A DNA stretch of 64,000 nucleotides from Planctomycetaceae bacterium (GTDB lineage Bacteria; Planctomycetota; Planctomycetia; Planctomycetales; Planctomycetaceae). The DNA lies in assembly GCA_029259815.1 (NCBI GenBank), contig JAJDEJ010000109.1:8341-72340 (forward strand), in the 5' to 3' direction. Positions 36,193 to 45,446 of the stretch are shown here, one piece after another; position 1 is the first letter of the stretch; the number at the start of each line of letters is the position of its first letter. Both the position numbers and the translations under genes were made by a program. Below the pieces are notes generated by a model. That model was not told the DNA's origin and made no database searches. It saw only the letters and a program-made list of their open reading frames with translations.

Positions 36193-36552
36193 ATGCCCAC
36201 CGTCAAGTTCATCAACGAAAAGCGATCCATCGAAGTCCCTGAGGGTGCCAACCTCCGCAAGGAAGCCATGAAGAACGGCGTTGAGCTGTATTCGGGCCCG
36301 CATCGTTACGTCAATTGCCGAGGAAACGGTCTCTGCTGCAGTTGTCGAGTCCACGTCAAAGGTGGCGAGGAGAACGTCAGCCGACGTGGCCTCTGGGAGT
36401 GGCTGAACACATGGATCAATCCCTTGGGATTCTTCACCCGCATCGGTCATGAGAACGAAATGCGGCTCGCCTGCCAGACCAAAGTGTACGGCGACTGCGA
36501 GATCGAAGCCCGACCGGACCTGAATTTGCACGGCGAGAAGTTCTGGAATTGA
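36193..36552 (+). CDS. 2Fe-2S ferredoxin-like protein
   Basis: The beta-grasp start MPTVKFINEKRSIEVPEGANLR, the cysteine cluster CRGNGLCCSC, and the distal LACQTKV. Confidence 0.8.
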   Translation: MPTVKFINEKRSIEVPEGANLRKEAMKNGVELYSGPHRYVNCRGNGLCCSCRVHVKGGEENVSRRGLWEWLNTWINPLGFFTRIGHENEMRLACQTKVYGDCEIEARPDLNLHGEKFWN

Positions 36553-36694
36553 CGCATTGCTCAGGGACTCTTCTCCCCTGGCGGCGACATCATTCTCCAA
36601 CATCATGGCCGATTCGGTCGTACTGATCAGAGTGCGATCTCTAATTCGGCAGGTGCCGGAGTCCTCACGGATCGCCTGAAGGGCGAGAGGGACG

Positions 36695-37582
36695 ATGGAA
36701 TCACACGGTCACACGACATCTGCTCAATTCGCAGCGGTGGTCACACTCTTGGCCTGCATACTGTTGCTGACTCTCGGAATATCAAACCCGCCTCGTACCT
36801 TGGTCAGACTTCACTTGCCTGCAGAATTCCGCGAGGTTTCTGCCAGCATCACCTGCGGCGCCGTTCCAGAGTCGAGCGATGAGTTTCTCGCTCTGAGAAA
36901 GACTGGCATTCGGACGATCCTCAGCGTTGATGGGATGCAGCCTGATGTCGAGGCAGCGAATGCAACTGGGTTGAGATATGTGCACATTCCGATCGGATAT
37001 GACGGGGTGCCCGAGGATGACGTTGGGAGAATGACGAGAGTCCTGCGGGATTGCGATTCCCCGATCTACGTTCACTGCCATCACGGCAAACATCGCGGAC
37101 CCGCTGCCGCCGCCGTCTGTGCAATGATCGCCGAGGAGATTGACATGCCGCAGGCAATCGAGTTGCTGACAGACGCTGGCACGAGTCACGACTACTCCGG
37201 TCTGTGGCGTGACGTCCGCAATTTCAAACCACTGACTGACAAATCGACCCTTCCGCCCATTTCATCGTCAGTCGAGTTGGAGCCGCTCGCAGCCACAATG
37301 GTTCATCTCGATGAGTGCTGGGAACAGACTCAACGAGCCGTTGAAGCCTCGAAGACGGAGCAAGCCCTCGAACAGGTGAACATTCTGGAGCAACTGTTCC
37401 GGGAAGCATCTCGACTCGACGGAGTGGACGAAGAGAGTGTCTGGCTGCTCGAAATGCTGGACGCCGAGTCTGTTGTTGCATCGCTCCGTGACGACCTGAC
37501 AGATCACCCGGAGAAAGTGACGCGATCACTCGCTGCCGTCGCTGAGTGTTGTCGCAACTGTCATCAGCAGCACCGCAACTGA
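36695..37582 (+). CDS. Exported CX5R phosphatase-like (dual-specificity/DUF442-like) domain fused to a C-terminal helical CXXCH (cytochrome c'-like) domain
   Basis: An N-terminal hydrophobic segment AAVVTLLACILLLTLG. The P-loop VHCHHGKHRG (C-x5-R) is at nt 37072-37095. A ~110-aa helix-rich tail ends in CRNCHQQHRN, with the CXXCH at nt 37550-37564, six residues from the C-terminus. Confidence 0.7.
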   Translation: MESHGHTTSAQFAAVVTLLACILLLTLGISNPPRTLVRLHLPAEFREVSASITCGAVPESSDEFLALRKTGIRTILSVDGMQPDVEAANATGLRYVHIPIGYDGVPEDDVGRMTRVLRDCDSPIYVHCHHGKHRGPAAAAVCAMIAEEIDMPQAIELLTDAGTSHDYSGLWRDVRNFKPLTDKSTLPPISSSVELEPLAATMVHLDECWEQTQRAVEASKTEQALEQVNILEQLFREASRLDGVDEESVWLLEMLDAESVVASLRDDLTDHPEKVTRSLAAVAECCRNCHQQHRN

Positions 37583-37916
37583 GGAAGCCGCCGCAGGGCT
37601 CCTCACACAACAACTCCTCACACAACAAATGGTCCCTGCGGGCCGGTTGCCTCCTCTTGTGCGTGACGATGAGTTCGAACCAGAACTCGACTGGCACCAT
37701 CCGTGAGTCATCATCGAGTTAGTGCCACGGGCACTTTGGTGTAGCGGCGTTTGGACGTCGAATGGTCGAAGATTCCGGTCTGGTCCGCCGCCAGGGACGC
37801 TACACTTATTTGACCCCTGCAGTAGTGACGACGGGAAAGTTGTTCAGCCTCACTGACTCGGGTAATGTCACATTGAATACCGAGTGTCCTCTCCCCTTTC
37901 TCGAATACCTGTCACG

Positions 37917-40412
37917 ATGATCAGTCGTCTCGCGAGTTGTTGGGCAATCTTTCTATTACTCTGCACTCGGGGTCTGTCGGAGGACACTCAGCCCCACTTC
38001 TCGCCACGAATGGTGGAGGCTCCGTATTGTTACGTCGTCGGCGATGAACGGTCTTGGCCGATCCTGCGTGAGAAAATGTCATCATCGCAAAACATTTCGC
38101 TGATTGCTCGGCAGGGTGATCGCAAGTTGAGCGAAGGGACGTCTCTTCGGTTCAAAGGATTCATCGTCACCGTCGACAAGACGGGAACTCTGACCATCGT
38201 TGCCCCTGATGATGCAACGAGTGAGTTCCGATTGGAGGTCGTCCTCCATGAGGGGGATGCCGTCCAGGAATCTCGGGTTCTATCCATGAGGCCGGCTCCC
38301 CCTCACCGCCCGATCTCCTATGTTGCTGACCTTGTCGATGATCTGATCCGTATCTTCTGGAAGGCGGATTCTCAAGAATTCCTGCCGCTGGAGCAGGACG
38401 GATTCGACCAGTACTTTCGTCGATTACAAATGCACGGCGTCAAGCGGTTGATTGTCTGGCAGAGTCCATTTCCCTTGATCGTTGACGAAGCCAACTATGC
38501 CTCGGACGACTGGACACGCGCTGTCAGACAGGCTCAAGCCATTATTGACTCTGAGGAACTGACCGCATTGATGAGGCAGTCGAAGGGGCTCAAAAGTTAC
38601 CAATGGCTACGCATACTGATGGCAGCTCGTTTGTCACCAGACATCGGCAAGATGTTCACCCAGAGCGCGACGGATCATGGTATCCATTTGACAGCCAGCT
38701 TCCGCCCCTTTGAACCCGCATTGACCAAGTACTACGACATCCCGGTCTTCAACGAGAACGGCGCGTACCTGTGGAATTTCCTGCCAACGGCATCGCCAAT
38801 TGTGAATTACCAGACCAAGCAGGTCGGCTTTGCGAATGGTCGCGAGGTGCTGCGTCAGATGGGACGAGCGGAAGACGCTGAGCCTGTTACGATCGAGATT
38901 AAAGGGGTCGGAAACGCCGAAATGATCGTGCAGCGAAGTCAAAATGGAGAGCGATTAATCGAGCTTCTGGAGTCACCATTTCCGCCGCTGGACGACTCAT
39001 CGTTCGTGCTCGTCCGTGATTCGGAGCAAGATTTCAGCCTGCAACGATATGCAGCAATTCATGAGATCGCCGTCGCACGATTGACTCCCCTTGAGAATCT
39101 GCAATTCCAATCGAAAGGCACGAAGCTCATCATCAGCGGTCTCCAGGTCTCTCCAGATACGCGGTATCTTATCATCCGATCGACAGGTGACGGTTCAAAC
39201 GAGGTGACACTCCCCGCCATCCTGGATGTGGCGGTACGAACGAAGGCGGGTCATCGGTTGGGGCGAGTTAACGTCTACTGTGCTTTGAAAGGAGAAGAGG
39301 AGGATGCCAGATCGACTCGCGTGGCAGGCATTCCCGAGGATGGCAAGTATCGCACGGGTTTTCAGGCGATTGAGAACAGCATCGACGTGTTCCGCCGAAC
39401 GGGAAAACAAAGTTGGACGTTGGCAGAAGGCGATCTTGTCGTCGATTTGGGTGACCGCTGGTCAGTCGAGATGGTCGACTTTGAACGACCCGCAGCACGG
39501 GAATATGTCGTTAAGGAATTGAAGACCATCCTCAGTCACGCGGCGTTCGATGAGATCTTCATCAACACCCGGTCACATACGCAACTCGCTTCGTCCACGG
39601 CAGACGGAGTCGATGAGATACAGCCGATGGCCCACTATCGGCTGCGGGGTGTCAACTATTCCCATAACGGCATCGACCGTGCGTTTGGACCGATCTCGAT
39701 GGCAGATGACTCGGTCGTGAGGTCGCTGCCCACAGAGTCGATTACCAATTGGCAAGCTGGTGAGTGGCAAGGAGCGTGTCAAACCGACGATTCGCCATTC
39801 AAATGGAGATACCACCGCAACTTGGCTGTTGCCAGCGGCCTGCGTATGTTGTTGCTAGAACTGGAGCACGAGTTTCCTGAGACTCGTATCCGTGTCGTCA
39901 TTCCCTCGAGCGAGAAAGTGATCGACTCGATGGAAGAATCGTTGGACACCATGCCTAAGCCGGATGGTGGCACATACTCGCGTGACTACTTCCGCCACAT
40001 CTGGGCCTCACTGAACTACATTCCCGCGATCGGAGAAGGGATGGCAATGGTCGATCTCTCAGGACTGTCGGTCGAGCCGGTCTTTCTCGGAGTCCGATTT
40101 CTCCCGGATGATGGACCTCTGCAGACGTTTGTGAATCTCTGTACGCAACAACTCTCGACGAACTGTGGATCGAGTTATCGAGGACCACGAAGTTTCTTTT
40201 ACGAGGCACAAGAAACGCTGCGTGCCACTGACCGCGATGCTGCACGCCAGCGTCGAGAGGAGATCATTTGCTCTCTCCTCAGCCGGGCTGACGAGATCAA
40301 CGAGGTTATTCTCTATGAGGCAGCTGATTGGACCTACTACCTGCCAACACCGGTTTCTGGTTCGACAGCTTACGAATTTGTCGAACAGTGTCAGGAGACA
40401 GCCCCGAAATGA
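37917..40412 (+). CDS. Large secreted hypothetical protein (~830 aa)
   Basis: A long uninterrupted ORF with coding-like GC3 and a signal peptide MISRLASCWAIFLLLCTRGLSED. I recognised no family motif. The ORF opens at GTG 37884. Confidence 0.7.
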   Translation: MISRLASCWAIFLLLCTRGLSEDTQPHFSPRMVEAPYCYVVGDERSWPILREKMSSSQNISLIARQGDRKLSEGTSLRFKGFIVTVDKTGTLTIVAPDDATSEFRLEVVLHEGDAVQESRVLSMRPAPPHRPISYVADLVDDLIRIFWKADSQEFLPLEQDGFDQYFRRLQMHGVKRLIVWQSPFPLIVDEANYASDDWTRAVRQAQAIIDSEELTALMRQSKGLKSYQWLRILMAARLSPDIGKMFTQSATDHGIHLTASFRPFEPALTKYYDIPVFNENGAYLWNFLPTASPIVNYQTKQVGFANGREVLRQMGRAEDAEPVTIEIKGVGNAEMIVQRSQNGERLIELLESPFPPLDDSSFVLVRDSEQDFSLQRYAAIHEIAVARLTPLENLQFQSKGTKLIISGLQVSPDTRYLIIRSTGDGSNEVTLPAILDVAVRTKAGHRLGRVNVYCALKGEEEDARSTRVAGIPEDGKYRTGFQAIENSIDVFRRTGKQSWTLAEGDLVVDLGDRWSVEMVDFERPAAREYVVKELKTILSHAAFDEIFINTRSHTQLASSTADGVDEIQPMAHYRLRGVNYSHNGIDRAFGPISMADDSVVRSLPTESITNWQAGEWQGACQTDDSPFKWRYHRNLAVASGLRMLLLELEHEFPETRIRVVIPSSEKVIDSMEESLDTMPKPDGGTYSRDYFRHIWASLNYIPAIGEGMAMVDLSGLSVEPVFLGVRFLPDDGPLQTFVNLCTQQLSTNCGSSYRGPRSFFYEAQETLRATDRDAARQRREEIICSLLSRADEINEVILYEAADWTYYLPTPVSGSTAYEFVEQCQETAPK

Positions 40413-40442
40413 GCATGTCAGAGGTCAGCAGAACGTCGTCAG

Positions 40443-41384
40443 TCACAGCGAGGCAAACGTCCCTTCGTCTTCGACGATACGCGACTGTTCAAGAAGCAGT
40501 TCCAGATGGGAGTAGGCCTCTGCACAACCCAGGATGACGTGAAAATCTTTCATCTTGCCGAACAGCCGTAGAGCGATCTCATAGACGGTGAGTCCACTTT
40601 CACGTTGCAGGATCGTGACGATCTCCTCCATGCGTGCCTCATGATGACGAATCAGTTCGTTGCATCGCTCGGTGACAGACTCCATCGGGTCGCCGTGTCC
40701 GGGCATGACAAGGAGTTGCTGATTGCGAGTGACATCCCGAATCTTCGCAAGTGAGCTGAGATAGTGGGGCAACAAACCTCGATTCTTCATGTCACCGCCT
40801 CCCACATTCGGAGAAATGTCCGGGAGCACATGATCGCCTGCGAACAGGTAGTCGTTGTACTTCAAACAGACAGACCCTATCGTGTGTCCGGGCGTGTGCA
40901 GTATTTCGATGTCTCCGTCCGCCGTCGACAACAAGTGCCCATCGCCGAGTGGCGTCGCGTTCGCCGACTCGATCGTCCAATGGGGGCCTGCTACGTTCTT
41001 TGTGTCTGGCCGCACTTTCTCAGGGGCTCTCCACTCGTCGAGCCGTCTTCTCGCGATGTCTGCGTAACGCTGACCTGAGGGATCGACGTCGTTGATCGAA
41101 GCCGTCTCGCTCTCGTGAATGAAGATCTCCGCACCGTGGTCTCGCTGGAACTTCCACGCGTTGCCGATGTGGTCGATGTGTTTGTGTGTGAGGATGATGC
41201 GCTTGACGTCGGTCGGAGCAAGTCCGGTCTCCTTCAATCCTTCGACCAATCCATCGTAGGCTTTATCGGTTGCGATCCCCGTGTCAACCATCGTGATCGG
41301 GTCTGTGCGGATCACGTAGACACACGTGCGCCCCTCCACAAAAGGGTTCGGGACGCGAATGCGGTCAACACGTGGGATGGTCAT
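40443..41384 (-). CDS. MBL-fold metallo-hydrolase
   Basis: ILTHKHIDHIGN is the HxHxDH motif, and later HTPGHT and PGHG histidines are present. Confidence 0.88.
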   Translation of the reverse strand: MTIPRVDRIRVPNPFVEGRTCVYVIRTDPITMVDTGIATDKAYDGLVEGLKETGLAPTDVKRIILTHKHIDHIGNAWKFQRDHGAEIFIHESETASINDVDPSGQRYADIARRRLDEWRAPEKVRPDTKNVAGPHWTIESANATPLGDGHLLSTADGDIEILHTPGHTIGSVCLKYNDYLFAGDHVLPDISPNVGGGDMKNRGLLPHYLSSLAKIRDVTRNQQLLVMPGHGDPMESVTERCNELIRHHEARMEEIVTILQRESGLTVYEIALRLFGKMKDFHVILGCAEAYSHLELLLEQSRIVEDEGTFASL

Positions 41385-41495
41385 GAAAGGGATTGATTGA
41401 ACAACAGGAGACTGATGAACCGACCATCGCCAATTGGCAAGTTAGCAGGGAGGCAACGCCGACCTCCAATGATGGGAAACTTTCCCTCGTTTGAT

Positions 41496-41524
41496 ACTGA
41501 GTGCTTCGAGAATAAGCACTCAGT
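41496..41524 (-). terminator. Candidate terminator hairpin after the diguanylate cyclase gene
   Basis: ACTGAGTGCTT-CGAGAAT-AAGCACTCAGT is a perfect 11-bp stem, 34 nt downstream of the stop at 41558. It has no clear U-tract. Confidence 0.35.
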
Positions 41525-41557
41525 CTGTGAGGGACCAGCGAGGCCCGCAGAATTGTC

Positions 41558-43036
41558 TCAACTCGTGCTGCGGAGTGTGATGACCGACCGAACGGTGTGG
41601 CAGACCACACGGTTTCGTCCGGACTCCTTTGCTGAATACAGACATTGGTCAGCGACACGGACGAGATCATCGGTCGACTGCGTTCCTCCTGCAAACTCTG
41701 CGACGCCAAAACTGGCCGTCACGCGCATCTCTCGACCGTGTGACAAAAATGGGTGTTGCTCGATGGTCGACCGGAGAATCTCCGCCAGTTCGGTGGCCCG
41801 GTCTTCATCACTGCCAGGGACTGCTGCGATGAACTCTTCGCCTCCATAGCGTGCGAGGATCGCCGAGTCCGGCATCACGGCTTTCCAGAGTTGTGCCAAG
41901 TCGCGAAGCACGTCGTCCCCCGCCTGATGCCCGTAGTCGTCGTTGAAACTCTTAAAGAAGTCGACGTCACTCATGACCAACGACAGAGGCGTCCCGTTGA
42001 CGGAAGCCTTCCGGACGAGATTGCGAAGTTCACGCTGAAATGTGGTGTGGTTGAACAGTCCTGTGAGTCCGTCGCGAAGTGCCATCTCTTCGACACGTCG
42101 GAATAACTGAGCGTTCTTGATCCCCAAGGCGTAAATGTTCGCGAGCGTGTCGAGCATACGCTTGAAATTGGACGAGGGACTCTTGAGTTCATCAATCACG
42201 ATCAAACCGAGTAAGTCCCCACCCGCCATGAGCGGAGCGACAGCCTGAGGCACGTAATCCTGATCAGCCAATTCGGAGGTCAGTAGTTGATCCTGAGCGA
42301 CCTGTTTGGATGTGACGAGCACACGTTCACGGATGACCCAAGCTGCGATTCCCTCATCAACATCAGGGACGAACTGATCAATATCGGCCCCCTCAGCCTG
42401 CAAAGGGTTGATGAGACTCGTCCCGGTTCGATCCCAGAGATAGACGCGACACTCCTCGCAGTGCAGCGATGCCTTGGCCGTGCTCACGATTGCAGGAAGG
42501 AGTGTGTCCAGATCCAGGTTCATCGAGATCCGATGACCGATGTCCTCCAACGTCTCCAGCAGGACAGGAAATTCCGTTTGGCTTGAGTGGTCCTGCTGAC
42601 CCTCTGATTTTTCATTCGCGATCGAGGGGCGCTCTTCGAGTTCTCGCAGATATCGAAGCGACGTCTGAGGGTCTTCCACGGCACTGCGCAGGACTCGGAC
42701 GGCTGTTGCGACAAGGAGACTCAGCGTTGAGATAATCAGAATCAGAGCAGCCGCAAACCGATAGCCGTTTCCGCCGTCTGGTCCGCCACTGTAGAACGCC
42801 TCGATGGCGATCGAAGCTGCGACCAGAAAACTGGCCGTCAGGGACCAACGCAGTCGGCCCGAGAGAGCTACCAACGTCACGGGTAGGACGAGGCTCGCCA
42901 GAGAGACCGCTCCTCCTGTGCCTTCCCAACGGATTCCACAAACAATGGCGAGAGGAGCCAGTGTCCCTGTGAGGACGACAAGCCGCCAAGGTTTGGTATT
43001 CAGGAGGGCACGGATCATGGGGCGACAGCCAGTCAT
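41558..43036 (-). CDS. Membrane-anchored GAF-GGDEF diguanylate cyclase
   Basis: N-terminal TM helices, a central GAF-like region, RDGLTGLFNH, and the RYGGEEF active site with FGVAEF. Confidence 0.9.
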   Translation of the reverse strand: MTGCRPMIRALLNTKPWRLVVLTGTLAPLAIVCGIRWEGTGGAVSLASLVLPVTLVALSGRLRWSLTASFLVAASIAIEAFYSGGPDGGNGYRFAAALILIISTLSLLVATAVRVLRSAVEDPQTSLRYLRELEERPSIANEKSEGQQDHSSQTEFPVLLETLEDIGHRISMNLDLDTLLPAIVSTAKASLHCEECRVYLWDRTGTSLINPLQAEGADIDQFVPDVDEGIAAWVIRERVLVTSKQVAQDQLLTSELADQDYVPQAVAPLMAGGDLLGLIVIDELKSPSSNFKRMLDTLANIYALGIKNAQLFRRVEEMALRDGLTGLFNHTTFQRELRNLVRKASVNGTPLSLVMSDVDFFKSFNDDYGHQAGDDVLRDLAQLWKAVMPDSAILARYGGEEFIAAVPGSDEDRATELAEILRSTIEQHPFLSHGREMRVTASFGVAEFAGGTQSTDDLVRVADQCLYSAKESGRNRVVCHTVRSVITLRSTS

Positions 43037-43390
43037 TGGCCGACCGCGACATCCTTCAAGAACGACGCGACCGCTTCATCTCTGCGACTTCATCCAGACT
43101 CCTTTCACCAGCGAAGACATAGAGCACTCCCTGCTACAGATATGATGCGGTTCGCAGCCACGAATTGCAAATGCCCCGTCGACAGGCCTGCCAGTCAGCT
43201 GATCTGCTTGACGGATCAGCACGGATATGCCCACGCGTTGTCAGAAAGCAACATGCTTAATCGGGGCTCACCTAACAACCGGCCCTCGACCTATATTCAT
43301 GGTTTCTGTGCAGGAGCATGTTGGAGAAATGACCTCAGCCTGCTGAGAGGCCCTCCTGCAGGACACCTGAAGAACAACTTTCGAATTGCT

Positions 43391-44194
43391 CTACCGGGAC
43401 TGTCCACCATCGCCCGGAATGGGCCAGTTACGACCGCTGATGAGACCGCCATCAACATAAATGGTCTGGCCCGTCAACCAGGCGGCTGCCGGTGACGCCA
43501 GAAAGATGGCTGTCCCGACGAGGTCGTCCGGTTCGCCCAATCGACCGAGGGGCGTGTTGAAGCGCCCCCACTCCTGCATCGTCGGGTCGGACCACAGTTG
43601 TTGGGTGAGATCGGTCAGGATGAAACCTGGAGCAAGTCCGTTGACCCTCACGCCCGCAGGTCCCCATTCGCGGGCAAGGGCTTGAGTCATCCCGTTGAGC
43701 CCGCACTTGCTCATCGCGTAGGGAGTCACATTTGTTAATGGCGAATGGCTGTTCAGCGAGTCGATGTTCACCACACTTCCGGTGCCGCGTTCGACCAGAT
43801 GCCGCCCTACCTGCTGCGCCATGAAGAACGCACCACGCAGATTGATGTCCAGCACGAAGTCAAACTGCTCGGCTGAGAAGTCGTTCGCCGGTTGACGGAT
43901 GTTGACTCCCGCGACATTGAGAAGTGTGTCAATGTGTCCGCAATCCGCAATCACTCGCTTGACGGCCTCTTCGATCTGACCCGAGTCCGCAACATCACAG
44001 ACGACCGTCTTCACGGCATGACTGCCCGTCGAGATCTCTTCAGCCGCGGCTTCTAATGTCCCTGTCTCTCGACCGGTGATGACCACCTGTGCACCGCGTG
44101 CAGCGAATCCCCGTGCGAGAGCCTTCCCGATTCCCCGGCTGCCGCCAGAGACGAGAACGACTTGTTCAGAGACATTAAAGAGTTTGTCTGTCAC
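43391..44194 (-). CDS. Short-chain dehydrogenase/reductase (gluconate-5-dehydrogenase-like)
   Basis: VLVSGGSRGIGKALA (TGxxxGIG), NVAG, and the YAMSKCGLNGM (YxxxK) catalytic motif. I prefer GTG 44194 (MTDKLFNV...). The ORF continues to 44359, but that would overlap the fba coding region. Confidence 0.85.
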   Translation of the reverse strand: MTDKLFNVSEQVVLVSGGSRGIGKALARGFAARGAQVVITGRETGTLEAAAEEISTGSHAVKTVVCDVADSGQIEEAVKRVIADCGHIDTLLNVAGVNIRQPANDFSAEQFDFVLDINLRGAFFMAQQVGRHLVERGTGSVVNIDSLNSHSPLTNVTPYAMSKCGLNGMTQALAREWGPAGVRVNGLAPGFILTDLTQQLWSDPTMQEWGRFNTPLGRLGEPDDLVGTAIFLASPAAAWLTGQTIYVDGGLISGRNWPIPGDGGQSR

Positions 44195-44225
44195 ACATCT
44201 GCCCTGGTCAAAGAAACAGAACGTC

Positions 44226-45257
<1,032 letters not shown>

Positions 45258-45446
45258 GAGTGTTTCCTTCAGGCGTCGTGTGATGCAAGACTAGCAGTCG
45301 ATCCGAACGAAAAGGATGCGCGAGGATCAGCTGTGAAAGTTGTTTGTTAACAGTCCGCGTTGAAATGTCCGCGGCCCTCCGTGAAGTGAGCGACTCCACG
45401 GTCGTGTCGTCAGCCTGGCGATGTGCCGGAGGCAATGACCGATGTC

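Noticed and set aside
37668-37690. tRNA-like T-arm sequence GAGTTCGAACCAGAACTC in the intergenic region after the phosphatase-cytochrome gene
   Set aside because: No acceptor stem, D-arm or anticodon arm can be built around it, and the loop does not fit the TTCGAAT/C T-loop with a 5-bp stem. I found no tRNA gene anywhere in the window.
43142-43495. 117-aa plus-strand ORF in the gap between the diguanylate cyclase and SDR genes, and similarly 48550..48852(+)
   Set aside because: There is no motif and the composition is poor for coding. Each partly overlaps a supported minus-strand gene or its promoter region, so they are most likely non-coding.
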